A DNA stretch of 38,191 bases. It comes from a virus (taxonomy: Duplodnaviria > Caudoviricetes). Location of the stretch: IMG/VR virus record IMGVR_UViG_3300028197_000054, positions 1 through 38,191 of that record; one strand, given 5' to 3'. This document shows, piece after piece, positions 18,215 through 26,622 of this stretch (the first letter of the stretch is position 1; the number at the start of each line of letters is the position of its first letter). The position numbers were made by a program, and so were the translations under genes. Below the pieces are notes generated by a model that saw only the letters and a program-made list of their open reading frames with translations, was not told the origin of the DNA and did no database searches.

Positions 18215-19810
18215 ATGGACTTATTTGGATTTGAGATCAAGCGGAAGGATAACGCAGCAAACGAGAAATCGTTTGTTGCTCCTTCAGATGACGGAGCTAT
18301 TGAAAGTATCCGAGCCGGTGGGTATTATGGCACTTACATGGATTTGGAAGGTGTTGCCCACACGGAGTCGGAGCTTATTAAAAGGTATCGAGATATTGCC
18401 GGGATGGCAGACGTAGATACAGCGGTAGAAGATATTATTAACGAGTCAATAGCACAGCTGGAGAATGAATCTCCCGTTGAACTTAACCTAGATGATGTAG
18501 ATTTATCATCTAATGTTAGAAAGATAATTCAAAAGGAATTTGAAGAGATTAAAAATCTCATGGACTTTAAAAATAGAGCTCAAGATTATTATAGACGATG
18601 GTATATAGATGGAAAAATATTTTTTCATAAAGTCATCGATATGGAAAAGCCTAAAGAAGGGATCAAGGATATTAGATATATTGATCCAAGAAAGATTAGG
18701 AAAGTGCGTGAAGTTAAGAAGGAAAAAAATCCTTCTGGCGTAATGTTTGTTACTAAGGTGGATGAGTTCTTTATCTATAATGATAAAGGAGTTACATCTA
18801 AACCAGGCGCATATGTTGCACCTGAAAACCAACAAGGTTTGAAAATAACAAAAGACGCAATAGCATACGCACCAAGTGGTTTGGTAGACCATGATAAGAA
18901 TATAGCATTATCATATCTACATAAGGCTATTAGGCCAGCAAACCAATTAAGAATGATGGAGAACGCAGTAGTAATTTATAGAATTACAAGGGCTCCAGAA
19001 AGAAGAATATTTTATGTAGATGTTGGTAACCTTCCTAAGATGAAGGCAGAACAATATCTAAAAGACATTATGGATCGTTATAGAAACAAGTTAGTATACG
19101 ATGCTAACACAGGAGAGATTCGTGATGATAAGAAGTTTATGTCTATGTTGGAAGACTTTTGGTTACCCAGAAGAGAAGGCGGAACAGGAACAAGTATTGA
19201 TACATTGCCAGCAGGTCAAAACCTAGGGCAGATAGAAGATGTAGAATACTTTCAAAGGAAGTTATATCAGTCCTTGAATATACCTGTATCGAGATTAGAA
19301 CAACAGGCTGGACTTAATTTTGGTAGAGCAGCTGAGATAAACCGAGACGAGATGAAGTTTACAAAATTCATCATCAAGTTAAGGAGAAAGTTCTCGGTAA
19401 TGTTAAGCGATCTTTTAAAGACGCAGCTCTTACTAAAAGGTGTTATGACGGAAGACGATTGGCATAGTATCAAAGACGATATAGAATTTGAGTTTGCCAC
19501 AGATGCTTACTACACAGAGTCTAAAGAACAAGAAATTCTTAGAAGTAGAGTAGAAGTATTAAATGGTCTTGCAGCGTACATAGGAACATTTTTCAGTAAG
19601 CGTTACATACAAAAGAATGTATTAATGTTAACGGATGAAGAAATAGATACAATCGAAACAGAAATTATGGCAGAGCCACAATATAGTAGACAGTATCAGT
19701 GGAGTCCTTTACAGGCAAATAGCCCGGATCAACCGGAACCTGCAGGTAATATAAGTAATGAGGTACCAGGAGAAGGAAACCCTGTCCCTGGACCAGATAA
19801 TGGAGCATAA
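18215..19810 (+). CDS. gp20: Portal protein gp20
   Basis: RRWYIDG, IYRITRAPERRIFYVDVGNLPK.KAEQY, MLEDFWLPRREG. Confidence 0.97.
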   Translation: MDLFGFEIKRKDNAANEKSFVAPSDDGAIESIRAGGYYGTYMDLEGVAHTESELIKRYRDIAGMADVDTAVEDIINESIAQLENESPVELNLDDVDLSSNVRKIIQKEFEEIKNLMDFKNRAQDYYRRWYIDGKIFFHKVIDMEKPKEGIKDIRYIDPRKIRKVREVKKEKNPSGVMFVTKVDEFFIYNDKGVTSKPGAYVAPENQQGLKITKDAIAYAPSGLVDHDKNIALSYLHKAIRPANQLRMMENAVVIYRITRAPERRIFYVDVGNLPKMKAEQYLKDIMDRYRNKLVYDANTGEIRDDKKFMSMLEDFWLPRREGGTGTSIDTLPAGQNLGQIEDVEYFQRKLYQSLNIPVSRLEQQAGLNFGRAAEINRDEMKFTKFIIKLRRKFSVMLSDLLKTQLLLKGVMTEDDWHSIKDDIEFEFATDAYYTESKEQEILRSRVEVLNGLAAYIGTFFSKRYIQKNVLMLTDEEIDTIETEIMAEPQYSRQYQWSPLQANSPDQPEPAGNISNEVPGEGNPVPGPDNGA

Positions 19811-19811
19811 T

Positions 19812-20081
19812 ATGGCAGAAGATAGAACACAAGAAGTTAAAGACCTGTTAGGTAATATCATAGCTGGCAACAGCTCAGATGCCCAACAACAATTTAACGA
19901 TCAGATGGCATCTCGCACAGCAGAGGCGTTGGACGATCAAAAGGCAGGAATAGCAGCAGACATATATAATAAACATACTGTTGACCCTGACATGGAACCA
20001 CAGGGAGTATCATTAGATGATGCTTTGGTGGATATAGACCAAACAACAGGGAGACCTGTAGAAGGAGACACAAATGAGTAA
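19812..20081 (+). CDS. Prohead core protein, gp67-like
   Basis: Short acidic helical protein right after the portal gene. SD GGAG before ATG 19812. Confidence 0.6.
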   Translation: MAEDRTQEVKDLLGNIIAGNSSDAQQQFNDQMASRTAEALDDQKAGIAADIYNKHTVDPDMEPQGVSLDDALVDIDQTTGRPVEGDTNE

Positions 20082-20367
20082 AACATTTAAAGATTTTAGA
20101 AGCGGGACACTTACCGAAAGTCCTGTTGACGGTGTAGCTAAAGGCTCACTAGATGGAGATAAACATTTATGTGCATCAAAAATTATGCACAAGGAATGGA
20201 ACGAAGGCACACCAATACTAGGTGAACATGCCGAACCAAAAGACGGAATAGTCTCTTGGTATAAAGTAATGTTTGAGCACGGTATAGAAACAGTTGAAGT
20301 GAATGATCCTAATGTTGAGATTCTCGAAGAGGGTCCACATATGAACCATAAGAAAAAATCATATTAA
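20074..20367 (+). CDS. Hypothetical head-associated protein, possibly an internal protein
   Basis: The N-terminus MSKTFKDF...LTE resembles a capsid-targeting leader. It lies between the portal and protease genes. Confidence 0.6.
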   Translation: MSKTFKDFRSGTLTESPVDGVAKGSLDGDKHLCASKIMHKEWNEGTPILGEHAEPKDGIVSWYKVMFEHGIETVEVNDPNVEILEEGPHMNHKKKSY

Positions 20368-20387
20368 ACTAATTAAAAGGAAATCAC

Positions 20388-20813
20388 ATGGCAGTCACAG
20401 TAAATAACTTAAAACTAACCCAAGTCCAGGGTGTAGTATCTGTTAGGGGGACTGCAGCAACCGGAACAATTACTTTAGCTACAACACTAAAGAAATCTAC
20501 TGAGACGCAAAGCTCCCCAGCAGTTAATATAAAAGGACTTCATTGGACTTTATCTAGCGGGGCTAGCGCAAAGGTTCAAAGAAACTCCGTCGTACTTTAT
20601 GAGCTATCAGAGAATGGCTCTTTAGATATGTACGGATACGCCGATAACTCAGAAAATACATCTAATATAGAAGTAGCAATCGCCGGTGGCGATGGCGGAA
20701 CTGTTATAGTAGATTGTGCTAAAGTTTCAGGTTACGGTTCACAACAACATCAAGACGCACCACTAGACACAAATGACTCAGGCAATGTCTATAACGGTGG
20801 ATCTTTAGGTTAA
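20388..20813 (+). CDS. Hypothetical virion protein (beta-rich)
   Basis: 141-aa ORF in the head module with SD AAGGA. Confidence 0.65.
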   Translation: MAVTVNNLKLTQVQGVVSVRGTAATGTITLATTLKKSTETQSSPAVNIKGLHWTLSSGASAKVQRNSVVLYELSENGSLDMYGYADNSENTSNIEVAIAGGDGGTVIVDCAKVSGYGSQQHQDAPLDTNDSGNVYNGGSLG

Positions 20814-20823
20814 GGAGAAATAG

Positions 20824-21483
20824 ATGAGACTTATTAAAGAATTTAACGAAAGTATTAACTATCTAACAGAAGATAGTAAAGATCCTAAGAAACCTAATGT
20901 ATTCATAGAAGGTGTATTCTTACAATCAGATTTAAAGAATAAAAACGGTCGTGTATATCCTAAGGAAATTATGCAACGAGAAGTTAACAGATATGTTAAC
21001 GAATCTGTCAACACTAAAAGAGCTTACGGAGAGCTAGGACACCCTGAAGGCCCTACCGTAAACTTAGACAGAGTATCTCACATGATAGTTTCCCTAAAGG
21101 AAGACGGCAGCAATTGGATTGGTAAAGCCAAAATTATGGACACACCAATGGGTAAAATTGTAAAAGAACTTATTAGCGAAGGCGCTCAGCTTGGAGTTAG
21201 CTCCAGAGGATTGGGCTCTTTGAAAGAGAGGAATGGCATTAATGAAGTCCAAGATGACTTTATGCTTGCCACAGCAGCGGACATTGTTGCAGATCCTAGC
21301 GCTCCAGACGCTTTTGTATCCGGTATTATGGAAGGAAGGGAATGGGTTTTTGTTAATGGTAAATGGACAGAACAAGACATAGAAGAAAGCAAAGCATTTA
21401 TTAATAGTACTTCTCAGAGAGATCTAGAAGAAGCTAAGTATGCAGTTTTTAGCAATTTTCTAGATAAACTGTCTAAAATATAA
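20824..21483 (+). CDS. gp21: Prohead protease gp21
   Basis: KNKNGRVYP, GELGHP, GVSSRGLGS, DIVADPSAPDAFV. Confidence 0.97.
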   Translation: MRLIKEFNESINYLTEDSKDPKKPNVFIEGVFLQSDLKNKNGRVYPKEIMQREVNRYVNESVNTKRAYGELGHPEGPTVNLDRVSHMIVSLKEDGSNWIGKAKIMDTPMGKIVKELISEGAQLGVSSRGLGSLKERNGINEVQDDFMLATAADIVADPSAPDAFVSGIMEGREWVFVNGKWTEQDIEESKAFINSTSQRDLEEAKYAVFSNFLDKLSKI

Positions 21484-21493
21484 TAGAAATCTG

Positions 21494-21507
21494 TATAAAT
21501 ATAAATA
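21494..21507 (+). promoter_or_regulatory. Tandem overlapping late promoters for gp22
   Basis: TATAAATATAAATA contains two TATAAATA boxes (21494 and 21500). Confidence 0.78.
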
Positions 21508-21554
21508 GTTTATTAGATTATATTAAAATTAAATAATCCTAAGAGGAGAGTAAC

Positions 21555-22802
21555 ATGGGAGTAGAATCCAAAATCAGAGAACTTCTAGAAGGCAAGTTGC
21601 AAGACGACGCTGTAGAAGTACTTGACGAACTAGCGGCAAATCGTCCACTAGATAAGTCAAGCAATGGAGATGCTAAACCACCCCTACAAGGTAACTCTAA
21701 TCCAAACCCAGAACAGCAAGACCTTAGTGGTTCTAGCAACCCTGAAGGCGGATTAACAAGCCCAGTAGGTAAGGAAGCGTCAGCAAAAGCTGGCAGTGCC
21801 CCTAGACCTTCAAACTCAGGTGCTGGTAAAGCACCTAATTACAACGACGGCGAGGCAACTCAAAGTGTTGTAAATCAATCTAGCTCTAAAGGCAATGTAC
21901 ATCAAGAAGAAGTCGAAGAGACTGAAGACGAAGTACTAGAAGAGATTGTTGCAGAGGAAGAAGTAGTCGAAGGCGAAGAAGTAGAATATGTTGATGGAGA
22001 AGACGATGTTATTTCTGAGGAAGAAGAATCCGAAGTAGAAGCATCTGAAGAAGAGTCAATTGAAGAAACTTTATTCGAAGAGGACATTGCTAACTTGTTC
22101 GCGGACGAGGAGCATCTTTCAGAAGAATTTAAAACACAAGCAGCTTCGTTATTTGAAGCATCGGTTGTGGCCAGAGTCAATCAACAAATGGAATCCATTG
22201 AGGATGATCTTGTTGAGGAAGCCAATAAGGCTTTTGATGAGGCAAAAGAGAAACTCGTAGAAAATGTAGACAAATACCTCAGTTATGTAACTGAGCAATG
22301 GCTCAAAGAAAACGAGTTAGCTGTTGAGAACGGCTTACGCAACGAAATTACTGAATCATTCCTTAACGGTATGAAAGAAGTATTCAAAGAACATTATATT
22401 GATGTTCCTGAAGACAAATTCGATGTGTTGGCAGAACAACAGTCTGAAATTGATGAGTTAAAATCTAAGTTAAACGAAGAGATTAACAAGTCAGTTGCAA
22501 TCAGCGAAGACAGAGAACAACTACAAAAGGAAAAAGTTTTCCGTTCCGTGGTTGACGATCTAGCTGAAACTGAAGTAGAGAAATTTGCAGGTTTAGTCGA
22601 AGGAATTAGTTTCGACGGCGAAGACAAGTATGTTTCAAAACTTAATGTTATCAAGGAAAATTATTTTCCTAAAGCGAAAGCTGATGATAGTGATAAGCTA
22701 GAAGATAGCGTTGATCAGGGAACTTTAGCAAACAACAATGTAATGAGTAGATATGTACAAGCAGTCTCTCACGCAGCGAAGTTTGACAAGGTTAAAAATT
22801 AA
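21555..22802 (+). CDS. gp22: Prohead scaffolding/core protein gp22
   Basis: Very acidic. LSEEFK..A..LFEA, VDKYLSYV.EQW..EN..A, F.EHYIDVP, IKENYF. Confidence 0.93.
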   Translation: MGVESKIRELLEGKLQDDAVEVLDELAANRPLDKSSNGDAKPPLQGNSNPNPEQQDLSGSSNPEGGLTSPVGKEASAKAGSAPRPSNSGAGKAPNYNDGEATQSVVNQSSSKGNVHQEEVEETEDEVLEEIVAEEEVVEGEEVEYVDGEDDVISEEEESEVEASEEESIEETLFEEDIANLFADEEHLSEEFKTQAASLFEASVVARVNQQMESIEDDLVEEANKAFDEAKEKLVENVDKYLSYVTEQWLKENELAVENGLRNEITESFLNGMKEVFKEHYIDVPEDKFDVLAEQQSEIDELKSKLNEEINKSVAISEDREQLQKEKVFRSVVDDLAETEVEKFAGLVEGISFDGEDKYVSKLNVIKENYFPKAKADDSDKLEDSVDQGTLANNNVMSRYVQAVSHAAKFDKVKN

Positions 22803-22808
22803 CATTTT

Positions 22809-22816
22809 TATAAATA
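22809..22816 (+). promoter_or_regulatory. Late promoter for gp23
   Basis: Intergenic TATAAATA. Confidence 0.82.
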
Positions 22817-22861
22817 ATTTAGTTATAGAAATAACAAACAAAGTAAAACAAGGAGAAACTG

Positions 22862-24127
22862 ATGTATCTTTCAGAAGAACTACAAAATAAGTGGCAACCA
22901 GTCCTTGAGCATCCGGAATTACAAGAAATTTCAGATCCTTACAAGAAAGCTGTTACCACAGTAGTACTCGAAAACCAAGAGAAGGCTCTTCGTGAAGAAA
23001 AAGAAGCTCTTTTCGAGGCTACACATGCTAACCAAACAGGTGCAAGCGTTGACAACTACGATCCAATATTGATCTCACTAGTTAGACGTGCTTTACCTAA
23101 CCTTATGGCTTACGATGTTTGTGGAGTACAACCAATGTCTGGACCAACTGGTCTAATCTTTGCAATGAAATCTCATTTCAGTTCACAAACTGGCGCTGAG
23201 GCTTTATTCAACGAAGCAGACACTGACTTTTCCGGTGCAGGAACACACGCTGGCGGTAACCCCGTTGACGGTTCTTACACTACAGGAAATGGCGTATCTA
23301 CAAGCACAGCTGAAGGTTTCGGCGATTCAACTACACTAAATGAAATGGCGTTTTCAATCGAGAAGACTACTGTTACGGCTAAGTCCAGAGCATTAAAAGC
23401 TCAGTACACCGTAGAGCTAGCTCAAGATTTAAAAGCTGTTCATGGTTTAGATGCGGAATCCGAACTTTCTAACATTCTTTCTCAAGAAATTCTTGCAGAA
23501 ATTAATCGTGAAGTTATTAGAACTATCTACAAAGTAGCAAAAACTGGTTCTGCCAGCACAGCTACTGCCGGAACATTTGACTTAGATGTCGACAGTAACG
23601 GAAGATGGTCCGTAGAAAGATTTAAAGGTCTTTTATTTAATATCGAACGTGACGCAAACGTAATTGCACAAGACACCAGGCGTGGAAAAGGAAACTTCAT
23701 CATCTGTTCATCAGATGTTGCAAGTGCTCTTTCAATGTCAGGCGTTTTAGATTACGCACCAGCATTATCAACTAACTTAAATGTTGATGACACAGGTAAT
23801 ACATTTGCTGGCGTACTTAACGGTCGTTATAAAGTATACATAGATCCATATTCTGCTAACACAGGAGCTGCTAGCCAGTTCTATGTTGTTGGTTATAAAG
23901 GCACAAGCCCTTATGACGCAGGTATCTTCTACTGTCCGTACGTTCCACTACAAATGGTTAGGGCAATTGACCCTGCTACATTCCAGCCAAAAATTGGTTT
24001 CAAAACCAGGTATGGCATGATAGCTAACCCATTCGTAATGCAGTCAGACGGCACTACAGATGCAGACACATTTACAGCAGACAGAAACCAATACTACAGA
24101 AGTGTAAAAGTTTCTAACTTAATGTAA
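22862..24127 (+). CDS. gp23: Major capsid protein gp23
   Basis: KWQPVLEH, GVQPMSGPTGLIFA, TAKSRALKAQYT.ELAQDLKAVHGLDAE, FQPKIGFKTRYG. Confidence 0.98.
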   Translation: MYLSEELQNKWQPVLEHPELQEISDPYKKAVTTVVLENQEKALREEKEALFEATHANQTGASVDNYDPILISLVRRALPNLMAYDVCGVQPMSGPTGLIFAMKSHFSSQTGAEALFNEADTDFSGAGTHAGGNPVDGSYTTGNGVSTSTAEGFGDSTTLNEMAFSIEKTTVTAKSRALKAQYTVELAQDLKAVHGLDAESELSNILSQEILAEINREVIRTIYKVAKTGSASTATAGTFDLDVDSNGRWSVERFKGLLFNIERDANVIAQDTRRGKGNFIICSSDVASALSMSGVLDYAPALSTNLNVDDTGNTFAGVLNGRYKVYIDPYSANTGAASQFYVVGYKGTSPYDAGIFYCPYVPLQMVRAIDPATFQPKIGFKTRYGMIANPFVMQSDGTTDADTFTADRNQYYRSVKVSNLM

Positions 24128-24150
24128 TTAGGTCTTTTCGGAAACGAATT

Positions 24151-24180
24151 AAAACGGGCTACTAAGTAGCCCGTTTTTTT
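24151..24180. terminator. Bidirectional rho-independent terminator after gp23
   Basis: AAAACGGGCTAC-TAA-GTAGCCCGTTTTTTT, with T-tracts on both strands, between convergent genes. Confidence 0.88.
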
Positions 24181-24189
24181 GACTAGAAT

Positions 24190-24405
24190 TTATTTTTGAT
24201 TTACAAATTCATTTAGTTCTTTTGCAACAGCAATAACATCGCTAGCTAAGATACTTTCACTAGGTAGTGGTTTCTTATCGTTAGGATTGTTATCGTTATG
24301 TACATGGATAGCGTCCGCTTTCCTATGTAAGTTCTGTTCTAAGATTCCTTGTGCTTGGCCAAGCAAGTCGGCTCGTATTTCAAAGCCTGATTTATTTTCT
24401 GACAT
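24190..24405 (-). CDS. Small hypothetical phage protein
   Basis: SD AGGAG before ATG 24405. KSGFEIRADLL..A...L and a C-terminal A.ELNEFV. Confidence 0.75.
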   Translation of the reverse strand: MSENKSGFEIRADLLGQAQGILEQNLHRKADAIHVHNDNNPNDKKPLPSESILASDVIAVAKELNEFVNQK

Positions 24406-24503
24406 ATTATTCTCCTGTGTGTGTGTCAATCCAAATTATTTTGGACATACTATATATACAAATGGTATTTGTCCTTCTTTACATATGGTTAGACATAAAG
24501 TAT

Positions 24504-24511
24504 TATAAATA
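24504..24511 (+). promoter_or_regulatory. Late promoter upstream of iscU-iscA-gp3
   Basis: TATAAATA 22 nt before the iscU ATG, followed by SD GAGG. Confidence 0.75.
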
Positions 24512-24533
24512 CTAATAAGACGAGGAAACAAGT

Positions 24534-24998
24534 ATGGCATATAGTAAAAAGGTAGTGGATAGATTTCAAGATGTATTAGATAACCCAGCAGCACATGGAG
24601 TAGGACGGTTTGATCCAAACGATCCTAACATAGCAACCGGAATGACGGGAGCACCAGCATGTGGAGATGTTATGAAACTAGATTTAAAAGTAGATCCCGA
24701 TACTGATATTATATTAGATGTAAAATTTAAAACTTACGGTTGTGGTTCAGCTATAGCGAGTTCAACAATGTTTGTGGAAATGTTAAAGGGCATTACAATG
24801 CAAAAAGCTTTAGAAATTAAAGACAAAGACATTGCAGCAGCCTTAGAATTACCACCTATTAAATTACATTGTTCTGTATTAGCAGAAGATAGTATTAAAC
24901 AAGCCCTTAGAAATTGGGACGAGAAAAAAGCACACCGACAACATAACGGAGAACCAATTGAGTCAAGCGGAACAATACAACCCGAACTTAATAGCTAG
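24534..24998 (+). CDS. iscU: Fe-S cluster scaffold IscU (auxiliary metabolic gene)
   Basis: MAYS.KV, GAPACGDVM.L, KFKTYGCGSAIASS, LPPIKLHCS.LAED. Confidence 0.95.
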   Translation: MAYSKKVVDRFQDVLDNPAAHGVGRFDPNDPNIATGMTGAPACGDVMKLDLKVDPDTDIILDVKFKTYGCGSAIASSTMFVEMLKGITMQKALEIKDKDIAAALELPPIKLHCSVLAEDSIKQALRNWDEKKAHRQHNGEPIESSGTIQPELNS

Positions 24999-25332
24999 TT
25001 CTAGACCTACAGGTATAGACTTTACTGATACAGCATTAGAAGAGTGTATACGAAAGGTTGAGAAACAAGGTGTGAAAGGCGTAAGGTTTGCATTAACAGG
25101 TGGAGGCTGTTCAGGGTTTTCATATGACTTTAGTTATGCAGACGAAGGCCAAGAGACAGACATTCCATTTGATTTTGGAAAGTTTACATTATGGTTAGAC
25201 CCTATGTCTGAGATGTATCTAGATGGTACACTTATAGGTTGGAAAGTCGAAGGACTTAATGAAGGGTTTGAATTTATCAATCCACAAGAACAATCCTCTT
25301 GTGGGTGTGGAGAATCAGTAGGATTTGGATAG
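24958..25332 (+). CDS. iscA: A-type Fe-S carrier, IscA/HesB family
   Basis: GGGCSGFSY, YLDGT, F.F.NP and C-terminal CGCGES. Confidence 0.92.
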   Translation: MSQAEQYNPNLIASSRPTGIDFTDTALEECIRKVEKQGVKGVRFALTGGGCSGFSYDFSYADEGQETDIPFDFGKFTLWLDPMSEMYLDGTLIGWKVEGLNEGFEFINPQEQSSCGCGESVGFG

Positions 25333-25341
25333 GAATATATT

Positions 25342-25500
25342 ATGGCAAAACAATTTAGAAAAGCAATACAAAATAACGCTAGTAGAAAAGCATCAAGCAT
25401 TGGTGTAGGTGGCAGAGGTAGGAGATGTAAAGTAAGCACATCTACTATGAACAAAGCTAAAAAACGAATGACGAAAAAATATAAAGGACAAGGTAGATGA
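25342..25500 (+). CDS. Small highly basic protein (52 aa), absent from the ORF track
   Basis: Translated by hand: MAKQFRKAIQNNASRKASSIGVGGRGRRCKVSTSTMNKAKKRMTKKYKGQGR. SD AGGA; the stop overlaps the gp3 start (ATGA). Confidence 0.75.
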   Translation: MAKQFRKAIQNNASRKASSIGVGGRGRRCKVSTSTMNKAKKRMTKKYKGQGR

Positions 25501-26081
25501 CAACAACCAACATTACGAATGTTTCAGAAGCATCGTGGAGTAATGCTAACCCAAATGAGTTAGATTATTTGCGTCCCAACGCATTTAAATTCCAAATTGC
25601 TAACATTCCTAATACAAGTTATTTCTGTAACGCAGCTAATATACCTGAAATGAATTTACCTCCTGCAATGCAACCTACTCCTTTAGTAGATGTAGGACAC
25701 CCAGGTGATAAAATAGAATTTGGTACTTTAATGATACGATTCCTCATACAAGAGGACATGAAAAATTATAAAGAACTATATGATTGGATGGCAGGCTTAG
25801 GTTTTCCTAAAGACAGTAAGCAATTCGTAAATTATACAAAAACACAAAACTATAGGTTCCCTGATATATCACCTGAGACTCAACAAGGCTTAGGACAGTA
25901 TAGTGATGCAACACTTACCCTATTAGATTCAAACAATAACGCAAAAGTAGTAATTAGTTTCATGGATGCTTTCCCTACAAGTTTACAAGGGTTAGATTTT
26001 GAGATAGTAACTGGCGCCACCGATTATATGATGGGTGTTGCTATGTTTAAATACTCTCTCTTTGAAATAGAAGTTTTATAG
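25497..26081 (+). CDS. gp3: Tail completion / tube terminator gp3-like
   Basis: YLRPNAFKF, FCNAANIP, GDKIEFG.L.IRFL..EDM.NY.ELYDW, SDATL, F.DAFPTSL; synteny before uvsY. Confidence 0.85.
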   Translation: MTTTNITNVSEASWSNANPNELDYLRPNAFKFQIANIPNTSYFCNAANIPEMNLPPAMQPTPLVDVGHPGDKIEFGTLMIRFLIQEDMKNYKELYDWMAGLGFPKDSKQFVNYTKTQNYRFPDISPETQQGLGQYSDATLTLLDSNNNAKVVISFMDAFPTSLQGLDFEIVTGATDYMMGVAMFKYSLFEIEVL

Positions 26082-26103
26082 TACCAATTGGTACAATTAA
26101 CAG

Positions 26104-26132
26104 TTGACTCTTACTAGGTAAGGTCGTATAAT
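26104..26132 (+). promoter_or_regulatory. Sigma70-type promoter for uvsY-uvsW
   Basis: TTGACT-N17-TATAAT; ATG 9 nt downstream with no SD. Confidence 0.75.
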
Positions 26133-26141
26133 GTATATATT

Positions 26142-26585
26142 ATGATAACTCTAGAAGAACTACAGAACATGTGGCAGATAGACTGTAAGGTTGATGAACT
26201 TAACCTGGGTCAAGAGTCTACACGAATACCAGAACTACATTCCAAGTATCTTAATCACTTATCTACACTAAGACTACAATGTAGAAGAGCCCAAAGCGAA
26301 TTATTTAAAATGAGAAGGCTGAAGTGGAAGTATTATCGCGGAGAGTTAGATCAAAAGGAATTAAACGAAAAAGGCTGGGATCAGTACTTAGGTAACGCTC
26401 CTCTCAATAATCAGATGAATGAGTTCCTGGACACAGACGAAGATGTTATTAAGTTAACCGATAAATTAGAGTATTTAAACACTTGTTTGACCCTATGTGA
26501 GAGTGTTATGAAGTCAATTTCTAGTCGTTCTTTTGATATTAAAAACGCTATTGAGTGGACCAAGTTTACAAATGGCTCTTACTAG
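26142..26585 (+). CDS. uvsY: Recombination mediator UvsY
   Basis: W..D..VD...L..ES..IP.LHSKYL, KWKYYRG, R.F.IKNAIEW.KF..G. Confidence 0.92.
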   Translation: MITLEELQNMWQIDCKVDELNLGQESTRIPELHSKYLNHLSTLRLQCRRAQSELFKMRRLKWKYYRGELDQKELNEKGWDQYLGNAPLNNQMNEFLDTDEDVIKLTDKLEYLNTCLTLCESVMKSISSRSFDIKNAIEWTKFTNGSY

Positions 26586-26622
26586 TGGAAAATATTTGGC
26601 CGACATCTAGGAGCAAAAAAAG

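Noticed and set aside
7228-23000. Many minus-strand ORFs opposite structural genes (e.g. 9888-10442, 14227-14490, 18506-18892, 21902-22180)
   Set aside because: These are shadow ORFs of strongly biased coding strands. They show no recognisable motifs and fully overlap well-supported genes.
13934-24127. Introns, inteins or homing endonucleases in gp17, gp20 or gp23
   Set aside because: The ORFs are continuous and of ordinary length, with no such motifs seen.
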